From Octopus bimaculoides (taxonomy: Eukaryota), in NCBI RefSeq assembly GCF_001194135.2, contig NC_068999.1:5039591-5103590 (forward strand): a stretch of DNA of 64,000 nt, read 5' to 3'. Below are positions 36,905 to 48,775 of the stretch, one piece after another (position 1 is the first letter of the stretch; the number at the start of each line of letters is the position of its first letter). The notes under the pieces were generated by a model. It did no database searches. It was not told where the DNA came from and was given only the letters and a program-made list of their open reading frames with translations. A program made the position numbers and the translations under genes.

Positions 36905-37283
36905 GCCATATTTAATTTAACAGTTCAACAGCACTTTTCCCAAGTGCTGTTGAACTGTGACTGAAACAATTACATTTGCCAGATGCCTTCGCTAAGCAGA
37001 ATAACAGCTTTGCCACTTGAACCTTCTAACCTCTTCTATGCCACCAAAAGCTAGAATAGAGATAACAGGTACCACCAACGAAAACTATTGTTCTCAATAA
37101 TATGGCTTTAAATGATTATTCCGGAGCATAGTCATCATCTACTTCAATTACTGCTTCCCATTTGCTTGGCAGACGGTCAGACCGTCATTTAAAGATGCTT
37201 TTGTTAAATATTGTTATTGTTTTTTTTTTTATATATAAAATTTGTTAAAAAACAAAGCCGCTATAATTATGCACCAACCCAAT
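36905..37283 (-). mobile_element. Internally deleted mariner remnant
   Basis: TIR-like TATTGGGTTGGTGCATAATTAT (reverse complement at about 37262-37283) plus a C-terminal peptide DRLPSKWEAVIEVDDDY near 37110-37180. The left boundary is uncertain. Confidence 0.45.
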
Positions 37284-37431
37284 AATTATACATACCAACC
37301 CGTCGTGGTTTTGGATATATACAAAGTGACGGCAAATAAATATTTCTTTACAACTTCTATCACTGTTCTTCGTTCATCTTGCACACCTGCAACAGCAATA
37401 CCTGACTCCAACAAAAATCACAATACAAACC

Positions 37432-37445
37432 GTTACACTGGCAAC
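37432..37445. promoter_or_regulatory. X-box-like motif at a putative SLC66A3 non-coding first exon
   Basis: GTTACACTGGCAAC fits the consensus. A minus-strand donor (TTG|GTATGT) near 37295 suggests a 5'UTR exon at about 37295-37450. Confidence 0.35.
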
Positions 37446-37556
37446 CAACACCTTAAAATCGATCGTTACAATTGTTGACCCTCAACTGTAACGAAGAACT
37501 AACCGTTATGTATATAAAATTATATATAAGTCTAAAATTTTATATATATACATATA

Positions 37557-37834
37557 CAGGGTTGGCCAAAAGTAACCCGATTATAAAAATCAAAGTTCCA
37601 TAAATACTATTTATAATTCTGTATTGACTCGAATGGAAAAATATGGGTTAATATCTAGGCGTGGATCTAGATATTAACCAAAATGTGTTGCTCAAGAAGG
37701 ACTTCAGTTTGAACTATTTTCATGGTGTTTCATATTTAGATGCTTTTATAAAATTCATTTAGTTAAACATAAATAAATCTTTGAATTAAATCGTTTTGAT
37801 TTACTGTGTCAGGTGACTTCTTTGGGTCAACCTT
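37557..37834. mobile_element. Tc1/mariner-type MITE in the SLC66A3-RSPH10B intergenic region
   Basis: TA-flanked imperfect TIRs CAGGGTTGGCCAAAAGTAACC and GGTGACTTCTTTGGGTCAACCTTA; internal 13-bp stem GGTTAATATCTAG...CTAGATATTAACC. Confidence 0.5.
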
Positions 37835-38243
37835 ATATTTATATATACACACATACATACAACGTACACACACGTATATGTATATATATATATATATATA
37901 TATAGCGATCTTACGTTNNNNNNNNNNNNNNNNNNNNNNNNNNNNNNNNNNNNNNNNNNNNNNNNNNNNNNNNNNNNNNNNNNNNNNNNNNNNNNNNNNN
38001 NNNNNNNNNNNNNNNNNNNNNNNNNTATAATTTAATAATAAGGGTAGAAATTGATATTAATCAATTAAAAGCAGTGGTCCAGCATATTAAAAACAATCCG
38101 AAGATTAAAATTATATTACATACACAAATAAGAGGAATGACCAGCAAAATATGCTAGAAATAGATGCCGAATCATTTAACCAGGTGATTCGGCATCTATT
38201 TCTAGCATATAGGAGTCCAGTTTTGCTGGTCATTCCTCTTATT

Positions 38244-38275
<32 letters not shown>

Positions 38276-38420
38276 ATTATTATGGTATATATAAATATAA
38301 AATTATATATCAATAAATATGAAATTATGTATGTATGTACGAAAGCAAAGCGATAAAGTAAAAAAAAGAAAAAGAAAGTAAGAAGTTGTTGAGTGTCGGT
38401 CAACTGTTTTCGAGTACGTT

Positions 38421-38433
38421 GTTGCCTGGCAAC
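38421..38433 (+). promoter_or_regulatory. RFX X-box of RSPH10B
   Basis: GTTGCCTGGCAAC, 38 bp upstream of the ATG and overlapping/followed by CCAAT. RFX control of motile-cilia genes is established. Confidence 0.7.
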
Positions 38434-38471
38434 CAATACACGCTAACACATGTTCTAGCGAAAGACAGAGA

Positions 38472-41400
38472 ATGGCGAGGAAGAAAGTGGCGAAAAGAAC
38501 GGACGAGATATTAGTTACCGAGGAAGAAAAGACGGAGCCGAGTTCTTGGGAAAACGAAGACGTGGAGGAAACGGAACAGCAGCAGCAACCACCAGCCGAA
38601 GCGGTGCAAGATGAGACGGAAGTGACAACTTCTTGTGTGACTGAAGGCCCCTTATTGACCAATGTGGTGATAAAAACGTAAGCGATCGTCATTGGAATTT
38701 AAACGTTTGTTGTCAAAACATCAGGCAACAGCGTTTACAGGGTGTATAGGAACACTACACTGTGTATGTGTGTGCGCTTGTGTGTACAGTGATTCCTCGA
38801 TTATCGCGGGGGTTGCGTTTCCAAAACCCTCCCCCCGCGATAGGTGAAAAATCCGCTATGTAGAAACAGTACTGTACTGTGTGTGTATATATATATATAT
38901 ATTTTTTAAATTATTTTTATAATTTGTATATATTTATTTTATTACAAATGCAGAAACATCACGGAGGAATCGGACGCAAGCTTAAGTAATAAACCGCGAT
39001 GTGGCGAGGGATTAGTGGTGCATATATAAATAGATACGGTAGTAGTTCGGTTTTCGGACAGCTCTGATCGCGAATGAGTCGTGCTTTATATATATATATA
39101 TATNNNNNNNNNNNNNNNNNNNNNNNNNNNNNNNNNNNNNNNNNNNNNNNNNNNNNNNNNNNNNNNNNNNNNNNNNNNNNNNNNNNNNNNNNNNNNNNNN
39201 NNNNNNNNNNNNNNNNNNNNNNNNNNNNNNNNNNNNNNNNNNNNNNNNNNNNNNNNNNNNNNNNNNNNNNNNNNNNNNNNNNNNNNNNNNNNNNNNNNNN
39301 NNNNNNNNNNNNNNNNNNNNNNNNNNNNNNNNNNNNNNNNNNNNNNNNNNNNNNNNNNNNNNNNNNNNNNNNNNNNNNNNNNNNNNNNNNNNNNNNNNNN
39401 NNNNNNNNNNNNNNNNNNNNNNNNNNNNNNNNNNNNNNNNNNNNNNNNNNNNNNNNNNNNNNNNNNNNNNNNNNNNNNNNNNNNNNNNNNNNNNNNNNNN
39501 NNNNNNNNNNNNNNNNNNNNNNNNNNNNNNNNNNNNNNNNNNNNNNNNNNNNNNNNNNNNNNNNNNNNNNNNNNNNNNNNNNNNNNNNNNNNNNNNNNNN
39601 NNNNNNNNNNNNNNNNNNNNNNNNNNNNNNNNNNNNNNNNNNNNNNNNNNNNNNNNNNNNNNNNNNNNNNNNNNNNNNNNNNNNNNNNNNNNNNNNNNNN
39701 NNNNNNNNNNNNNNNNNNNNNNNNNNNNNNNNNNNNNNNNNNNNNNNNNNNNNNNNNNNNNNNNNNNNNNNNNNNNNNNNNNNNNNNNNNNNNNNNNNNN
39801 NNNNNNNNNNNNNNNNNNNNNNNNNNNNNNNNNNNNNNNNNNNNNNNNNNNNNNNNNNNNNNNNNNNNNNNNNNNNNNNNNNNNNNNNNNNNNNNNNNNN
39901 NNNAGAGGGAAAAACCTCTCCATCAAAACAAAACTCTCCCCAGACACAACAAAATCTGTTTCAACACATGGATTCACATAAAGAATATTGCAAACCAGAT
40001 AAAAAAACGAAGTGTGTGTGTGTGTGTAGTGAGAGAGGCATGGGTGGGGGGCTTTGTGGTAAGAAGCTTGCTTCCCAACCACATGGTTTCAGGTTCAGTC
40101 CCACTGGGTGGCACCTGGATCAAGTGTCATCTACTGTAGCTTTGGGCTGACTAAATCCTTGTGAGTGGATTTGACAGACGGAAACTGAAAGAAGCCTGGG
40201 GGAGTTTACCATAAGTAAAACGAAAAATTAAAGAGGTAAACAGAGAAATATGTTACAGAAGTTTAGTTTGATCGTTTTTACCCAATCAGAAAACAGGACT
40301 TGTACGTAATACCTGTCTTCAATTTTTCAATATTACTGTATTCCCTAAATAAAACTGTGAGCTGACAGAATGGTTAGAATGCCAGGCAAAATGCTTAGCG
40401 ACATTTCATCTGTGTTTATATTCTGAGTGCAAACTATGCTGAGGTCAACTTTGCCTTTCATTTTTTCAGAGTCGATAAAATAGATACCAGTCATGCACTG
40501 CGGTCAATGTAATCGACTTACCCCCTCCCCTGGACTTGATGGCCTCATGCCAAAAGTTGAAATCAATATTATTGTATTTTCTTGACCTTGAAAAAGTTTG
40601 AAAGCCAAAAATAAGACTTATATTAACACACAATCACATTAAACAATAATGATGACAACAACAATGACAGTGATGATGTTGTGAATTACATCAATGGCAG
40701 TAGCAACAACAACAACATGAAAATAGACACAAAGAATTTATTAAAAAATATTTGCAAAATGTATTTACTTTCTTTTACTTCAGATATGAGGGCAAATTTT
40801 TAAATGGCTTGTTTGAAGGTGAAGGTTATATGGAATTTATTGATGGGCATATTTATAAAGTAAGTATAATCATTGTTTGACATAAAACTGCAAATGAATA
40901 TATATGTATGTATGTTTGTATGTAAGTATGTATGTATGGTTGTATGTGTGTNNNNNNNNNNCACAGCATTAATGAGACGAGTGAAAGAACTTCTAAGATT
41001 GATGGAAGGAAAGGAAGCAATTGAACTTCAGATAGGAAATCTGGATTGAAAGCGTGCAACAGGGTGGGGCCCTATCAAAGGTATGTTCAAGGAGTAGGGG
41101 GTGTTAAACTGGGTGTCAGGTTAAATCTGCTGCCAATAAAAGACAGAAACGGTGGTCTCTTCAATGGGTTTCCATAAACAGAGACATGGAAAATATTGGT
41201 CCAAAATGGAGTACCGCCTCCACATCGGAGCAACACTACAGCAATTTATTCCTTGTGTGCATCGACTAGCAATTGTTGAAGACAAATGTTGACAGCATTG
41301 TCTTCACAGGTATCGGAGTCAGGAGGGTGCGAAAGCCATAGATACAGACCCCCCCCCCCNNNNNNNNNNNNNNNNNNNNNNNNNNNNNNNNNNNNNNNNN

Positions 41401-44400
41401 NNNNNNNNNNNNNNNNNNNNNNNNNNNNNNNNNNNNNNNNGTCGTCTACACCTAACAGGCCCCTACCAAAACAAACAAAAACAGCTTATTACTTTATTTT
41501 ATCAGATAACTAAATATAACATTAATGTCGACAGACTCAGTCGAAGGAAACTGGGTATTTTGCCATGTAAGCCACTGTTTAGAGCACGAGTATTAAGAAA
41601 CAACCGTACGAACATGCCGAAAGGAGGTCTGAAGAGAAACAAAATCCTACGTAAGGGAGATGACTCCCAACAGAATAAATAGATATTTTCTCTTTATCTC
41701 CCTTTAATTTATCTTTCAGTTGAATAAATACTGTTCAAATGGAGAACAACTTTCAGCTACGAATGATAGCAATTAATTGTTGGTTAATTCTATAAGTTTT
41801 GTCGACAAACGACTGAAAATGCTTTTTTGGAAATTATAAAACTTATTAGAATATTTACATTTATATTACATCCTCATTGACGTCCTGAACAACTCATCGC
41901 AATGCCATCATCATTCATTCATTCATTCACTAACACTCTACAAAATACATGGAGCCACATTTTCCTCCTCGGTCTACTCTTGACTCAGGCTTATATCTCA
42001 GTCAAAAAAGCATGTCTGATTAACGTCACTTGAGGCGATGTAAGCATTCACTATATCGACCCAATCTTCCAGCAATAGCTTCATTCCAGCTCATTTCTTA
42101 ATGAGAATAGCCACAATTTTGGTTACCCTCGTTTAGTTCTTGTCCACGCAGAGTTCTGGTAATTGTTCATACTAGTTGTTGAGCTCTTCAAATGAAATCA
42201 GAGATAACTACTGATCAATAAAAACTTCCCTTCTCAAACGACAAATTACCAGACGCACGACCGTTCCTACTTGATCTGAGTTCTTATTGTCATCTCAAGT
42301 TCTTCCAATTTTGTGTGATTACCTCGATTTGCCAGGAGTCCGATACTATAGTGGTGACCGTTTGTATATACAGACATAGTCAATCATTTCTGCATCTGTA
42401 GCCCAAATATACAATATCGGTTTGAAAAGTACCCTTAACTCACTGTCTGTGTTATTTCTAACGGTTCTGGTAAATAAACTGCTTACAGTGGCCACTGATC
42501 AGATGCACGTGAACAAGGCAGAGACCCAACCTCTGAAGACGGAAATAAAACTGGTTAGTCTTAGAACATCAGCCAATAGTTGCAATGATTCACGTAATCG
42601 GATACTTTCGATTGATTTATATTTTATTAGAGTCTCCAATGAATGGCTTTAATATGCAGGCATGACTGTGTGGTTAAGAAGTTCACTTCGAAATTACGTG
42701 GTTTCAGGTTCAATTGTACTACATGGGCCATTGTGCCAGTAAGTTCATTTCTAACAGCCAGCCCATAACTGGCCCCAAAGCTCAATTCCATGCCATCGTC
42801 CATCCCCACCAATCCTGTGTGTCGCATTAAATGTAAATTCTGAAATTGCCTCTTGGTGAGCAAAACTGAACATCAAACTCCTTCATGGTGTTCAGAATAA
42901 CACCCAAGGAATATTCAAACCCATAGTTAGATATTTTGATTCATTTACTCATTTCTTCAACCACTTCTTTGTATACGGAGTCCTCCTACATCAGACTTCA
43001 ACATCCCCCATGAACAAAGAAAAAACGCAATTAATCTTTACTTCACAAGACTCAATAAACATCTCAGACTCTCGTAGTTGGCCTAACTTTTATCTCTACC
43101 ATTTTTCTCTACTTCAAGCAGTGTATTACCGGCTAATGACGACCCTATCCACTCTTTGTGGTTAGTTTTAGAAGTACTTGATTCTGTTGTTATTGTTGTT
43201 TGAACCCAGGTCGGCCCTAACTGAGCGGGCCCACGGTCGAGGTGAGAGACCACTTGGTCCAATGAGATAAACATTATAATTACATTTTTGTGTTTTTTCC
43301 TCCTAGGGTTCTTTCCATCAAGGTCTGATGCATGGTCGCGGATATTACAAATGGAATGATGGTGTCACCTATGAGGTATATAAAACCTAAAACGATTTTT
43401 CAAGATTATTTAACTTCATTTTGAAAAATTGGTAGCCTAATGTTTAGACAACTGGACTCTCGATCATAGAGTCGTTGGTGCGATTCAAGGTTTGAGAAGC
43501 ACATTGTGACGTTGGGTGGTCGTGGGATGTGCTAAAAGTACCAGCTAAATCAACTTTAAATTACAAACAAAAAAAAATTTTCTTTCGTTCATAATCATAT
43601 GAATTCCTGTGTGTAGAACACAAATTCGCAAAATTTTTCTTAAAATTCCAAAAAATAATAAATGTTATGAGGGATTATATATGATATGTTGTTAATATTT
43701 ACATTATATGTAAGTTCATTTTTATCTAAAAACAAAAAATAATAGGCAAAACAATCATCTCTGCCACCACAGCAAAAACAACCACCATCACTAGCAACCA
43801 GGGCTGTGGAGTCAAAACAAAAAACTGACTCCTCTACTATTGGCACCTCCAACTCTGACTCCGACTCCTCTTTATGTAATAAAGTGATTGTGGTCTACAT
43901 ATCTCATAAAGCATATGCATACACTTGTGCTTTGACTAGGACTATAGGTTATAATTGTTTTATATCAAAGAATAAAGACATTATGAGTCAGAGTCAGTAT
44001 AGTTTTACCAACTCTGACTCCAGCTACCCCTTAATTACTTCTGACTCCACGACTCCGACTCCACAGCCCTGTTAGCAATACCATGAGAAGTACCAACTAA
44101 CAGATCATAAGTTGTTGCTATTATGCAAACGTCTCGTAAGTCCAAAATGTTACTTTTTCAGAAAACAAAGAAACAGTTTCACCATTCCATAGCAAAACCG
44201 TTCTACTACACTTTTGTTAATTGTTGACATCTTGGCATCTGAAGCAGCTGGAGATACGATAGTTTGACCAAAAGAACTGGTTATTGGAAGCAAAAATAAA
44301 TATTGCAAAAAAACGCATTTGGCCAAATTTGGACATACGACAGTTTAACATAGTAGCAAGAATATCTATTTTTATTTTGAGAATCAACACACACACACCT

Positions 44401-45542
44401 GCATATATCTTAATATATAAAACAGAGTGTGTGTGTGTGTGTAGGTATGTTCCTTATGGATTCAAAAACTGAGTTGCTGATTTTGACATATGAGGTATCA
44501 AAAAATCCAGTAATCTTTCAGCAGCAAATAAAGTATGTTTTTTGCACAACTCTTTTTTACTACAAAAATAACCTCGAAAACAAGGTCAGGTTGCACAGTT
44601 TTGAAGTCTTTAGCTAAAGGTGGTAACTCTGCCAGACACAATACTCAATTTCACGACAAATGTAAACACACACACACACATTAAGTACAAGAATGACTGT
44701 GTGGTTGAGAAGTTTGCTTCCCAACCACATGGTTTCGTGTTCAGTTCCTCTGCATGGTACCTTGGGCAAGTGTTTTCTACTATAGCCCTAGGCCAACCAC
44801 AGACTTATGACTGAATTTGGTAGAAAGAAACTGCAGCGTTTTTCACCAGAAAATGATCAAAAACCATGCTTATAAAGAAGAGCTGTTTGCTTCATATTCC
44901 TCGTGTGTCAATTCTTCCCATAAGAAAAGAACAAATAATACAATGTTACTGTAGGTCATAACACCCGGGCAATGTCAGGGTGCATTGCTAGTGTATAATA
45001 TATATGTGTGTGTATGTTTATATATGTATGTATGTATACTTTACAGGGAGACTTTATGTTTAACTACATCACAGGTAAAGGAACATACACCTACTTAGAT
45101 GGAAGGTGAGTATTATTGATCTTTATTGAACTTGATTGGTCGATAGCTTTTTCTATGTTTGTGTCCTTTAACTTAACTTAATAACTACGACCATAACGGA
45201 GCACCTACTTCACACTTGAATATTCTTTGACCTTCGTGTCATCTCTATGTGTGTCGTCTCGGTGGAGACTACTCTATTTTAGTTGTATAATTTGTGGGCC
45301 TTGAGGTCTCAAACTTGTTGTGTGGGTCCCTATAACCTCCCTAAAAACCAGGCCACTTCAACCCTTTATTCTCTTCTTCACTCTCTTCTATTACAAACCA
45401 TATTTTCATGTGGTTGCTGTGGTTTAACCCCATGTCAGCTCTGACTGGATAGAGGCTTATGATCAGATATTCCAAACATGACCATTCCATCTGTTATGGT
45501 ATCTAGGACAAAATTATCAATTGTTCACTTTCTCTTTCTGTG

Positions 45543-45599
<57 letters not shown>

Positions 45600-46100
45600 N
45601 NNNNNNNNNNNNNNNNNNNNNNNNNNNNNNNNNNNNNNNNNNNNNNNNNNNNNNNNNNNNNNNNNNNNNNNNNNNNNNNNNNNNNNNNNNNNNNNNNNNN
45701 NNNNNNNNNNNNNNNNNNNNNNNNNNNNNNNNNNNNNNNNNNNNNNNNNNNNNNNNNNNNNNNNNNNNNNNNNNNNNNNNNNNNNNNNNNNNNNNNNNNN
45801 NNNNNNNNNNNNNNNNNNNNNNNNNNNNNNNNNNNNNNNNNNNNNNNNNNNNNNNNNNNNNNNNNNNNNNNNNNNNNNNNNNNNNNNNNNNNNNNNNNNN
45901 NNNNNNNNNNNNNNNNNNNCCCTTTATTCTCTTCTTCACTCTCTTCTATTACAAACCATATTTTCATGTGGTTGCTGTGGTTTAACCCCATGTCAGCTCT
46001 GACTGGATAGAGGCTTATGATCAGATATTCCAAACATGACCATTCCATCTGTTATGGTATCTAGGACAAAATTATCAATTGTTCACTTTCTCTTTCTGTG

Positions 46101-46138
<38 letters not shown>

Positions 46139-48720
46139 CCGTGAATGAACATGTATGTATGAATATGTATGTAATTATGTGTATGTGTGTGTATGTATAT
46201 ATATATTTATGTGTGCATCTGATTTTGAGGTAAAAATTGGTTGCTTTTTCTACCAGGTGGAGACTCCATCGGCTCATAAATTCATTTGGTTTGATGACCA
46301 AGATATATTTGTGTTCATTCTTTCAGGGATGTATGCAGTTTGACAAAGACAGTCAATGCTTCTACCACGGTGATTGGCAATATGACCTTCCCCATGGATG
46401 GGGTCTCCAGAGGTACAGCAGCCATAACATTTATGAAGGGTTCTGGTTCAAAAATAAGCCAAATGTTGAAGGTGTAATGAAGTGGTTCGTTCAAGGCCGA
46501 CCAAAGGATATCGAAATATACAAGGGCCACTGGGCCAATGGTATACAGGTAACTTAGATCCTTTATTTTGTTTTTCCCTTTCTAATTATCTTTCTTATCT
46601 GGACTTGACTAACAATGTCACCTGTTTATAAATCATCACAGGACAATCAGCTCCACAACCATATGTCTTTCTCACATGCTTCTCAACACTAACTTACCAC
46701 ACACACGTCCTGTTTCCCCCCATCTTTCTCCTGTCTACTTTATCATCATTACTATTCTGCGACACTCTGCCCTTGACCTTTTCTTTGCATTGTTAGTCAT
46801 CTCCTATGCCTCCTACCTCCCACTGTCATTCTGCATCCCCACCTTCATCTACTGCCTTCTCTTCAACTCCTGGAACCATTTCACTTATTGTTGTTAGCAC
46901 TCTGTCGCTTACGACGTCGAGGGTTCCAGTTGATCCGATCAACGGAACAGCCTGCTCGTGAAATTAACGTGCAAGTGGCTGAGCACTCCACAGACACATG
47001 TACCCTTAACGTAGTTCTCAGGGATATTCAGCGTGATACAGTGTAACAAGGCTGACCNNNNNNNNNNNNNNNNNNNNNNNNNNNNNNNNNNNNNNNNNNN
47101 NNNNNNNNNNNNNNNNNNNNNNNNNNNNNNNNNNNNNNNNNNNNNNNNNNNNNNNNNNNNNNNNNNNNNNNNNNNNNNNNNNNNNNNNNNNNNNNNNNNN
47201 NNNNNNNNNNNNNNNNNNNNNNNNNNNNNNNNNNNNNNNNNNNNNNNNNNNNNNNNNNNNNNNNNNNNNNNNNNNNNNNNNNNNNNNNNNNNNNNNNNNN
47301 NNNNNNNNNNNNNNNNNNNNNNNNNNNNNNNNNNNNNNNNNNNNNNNNNNNNNNNNNNNNNNNNNNNNNNNNNNNNNNNNNNNNNNNNNNNNNNNNNNNN
47401 NNNNNNNNNNNNNNNNNNNNNNNNNNNNNNNNNNNNNNNNNNNNNNNNNNNNNNNNNNNNNNNNNNNNNNNNNNNNNNNNNNNNNNNNNNNNNNNNNNNN
47501 NNNNNNNNNNNNNNNNNNNNNNNNNNNNNNNNNNNNNNNNNNNNNNNNNNNNNNNNNNNNNNNNNNNNNNNNNNNNNNNNNNNNNNNNNNNNNNNNNNNN
47601 NNNNNNNNNNNNNNNNNNNNNNNNNNNNNNNNNNNNNNNNNNNNNNNNNNNNNNNNNNNNNNNNNNNNNNNNNNNNNNNNNTGAAACTTCATCAAAACAG
47701 TCCTTCCCGCAAAGTAAATTAAATAAAATTTGGGATTTTTTTTGCAGAGGGTTAAAGTGGTAACAAAAACAGGACAGTAAGGACAAAACAGTAAAAACAA
47801 ACGGTGAGGGCTGTTAAGCCATAACGAGGTGAAGTGGTGAATGCTGGAAAAACAAGCTTTGAGAAGAGACAAGCAAAAGCATGTCTTGTCTTTAGGAAGG
47901 AAGTGAAAAAAAGATGGATGGCCGTTGGTCACGTGTGAGCAACAAGAGAATCAAGGAGGAAGAGAGAGAGAGAGAGAGAGAGAAGGAATTGTGAAGGGGA
48001 GATGAGAAGAATTAGAGAAAGGGTGGGAGAGAAAATCAGAAAGGAAGAAGAACAAGAGAGGGAGATAGAATAGAGATAGGTTGTAGAGTGCGCATCGGAA
48101 TTATTAAGATAAATCTTACTATATATATATATATACATTATCATCGTTTAACGTCCACTTTCCATGCTGGCATGGGTTGGACGGTTTGATTGAGGACTGG
48201 CAAGCCAGGAGGCTGCACCAGGCTCCAATCTGATCTGCCAAGCTTTCTACAGCTGGATGCCCTTCCTAACGCCAACCACTCCCAGAGTGTAGTGGGTGCT
48301 TTTTACATGCCACTGGCACAGGGGCCAGTCAGGTGGCATTGGCATCGATATATATAACAATATTCTGTCTATTTGCTTTATAGTCAGTAAAATTGCTGTG
48401 CCAGTTCTCTCAAAAGCTAGTTTCTATTTGCATTTGCTGTAGCTGAAGAATTCCAAAGACCATGACTTATATGTATTGCAAATGTGTTCCTGTCTTGTTT
48501 TAATTGCAGGCTAAATTCACTCAAAGAACTGGAGGTGTCTATGAAGGAAGATTTGAGAATAATGCTCTTCCTGATAATACCTTTGTCAAAGGACTTCCGG
48601 CTCTTATTAATGACCAGGACAATAAATGTGAGTCTTTAATTGTAAATCCCCACCTCTCTCTCTCTCTCTCTCCCTTTCTCCTTCTTTTTCTATTTCTATT
48701 TCTCTCGCTCCCTCTATTTC

Positions 48721-48775
<55 letters not shown>

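Noticed and set aside
41860-42640. Complex non-repetitive stretch in RSPH10B intron 2
   Set aside because: Stops in the frames I read and no recognisable motif; probably an old transposon but unsupported.
21227-47932. Long ORFs in the track made mostly of X
   Set aside because: They are translations through N gaps, not coding evidence.
47700-47940. Possible RSPH10B exon after gap (ttttgcag acceptor)
   Set aside because: Stops in all frames and no MORN motif; more like degraded LINE sequence.
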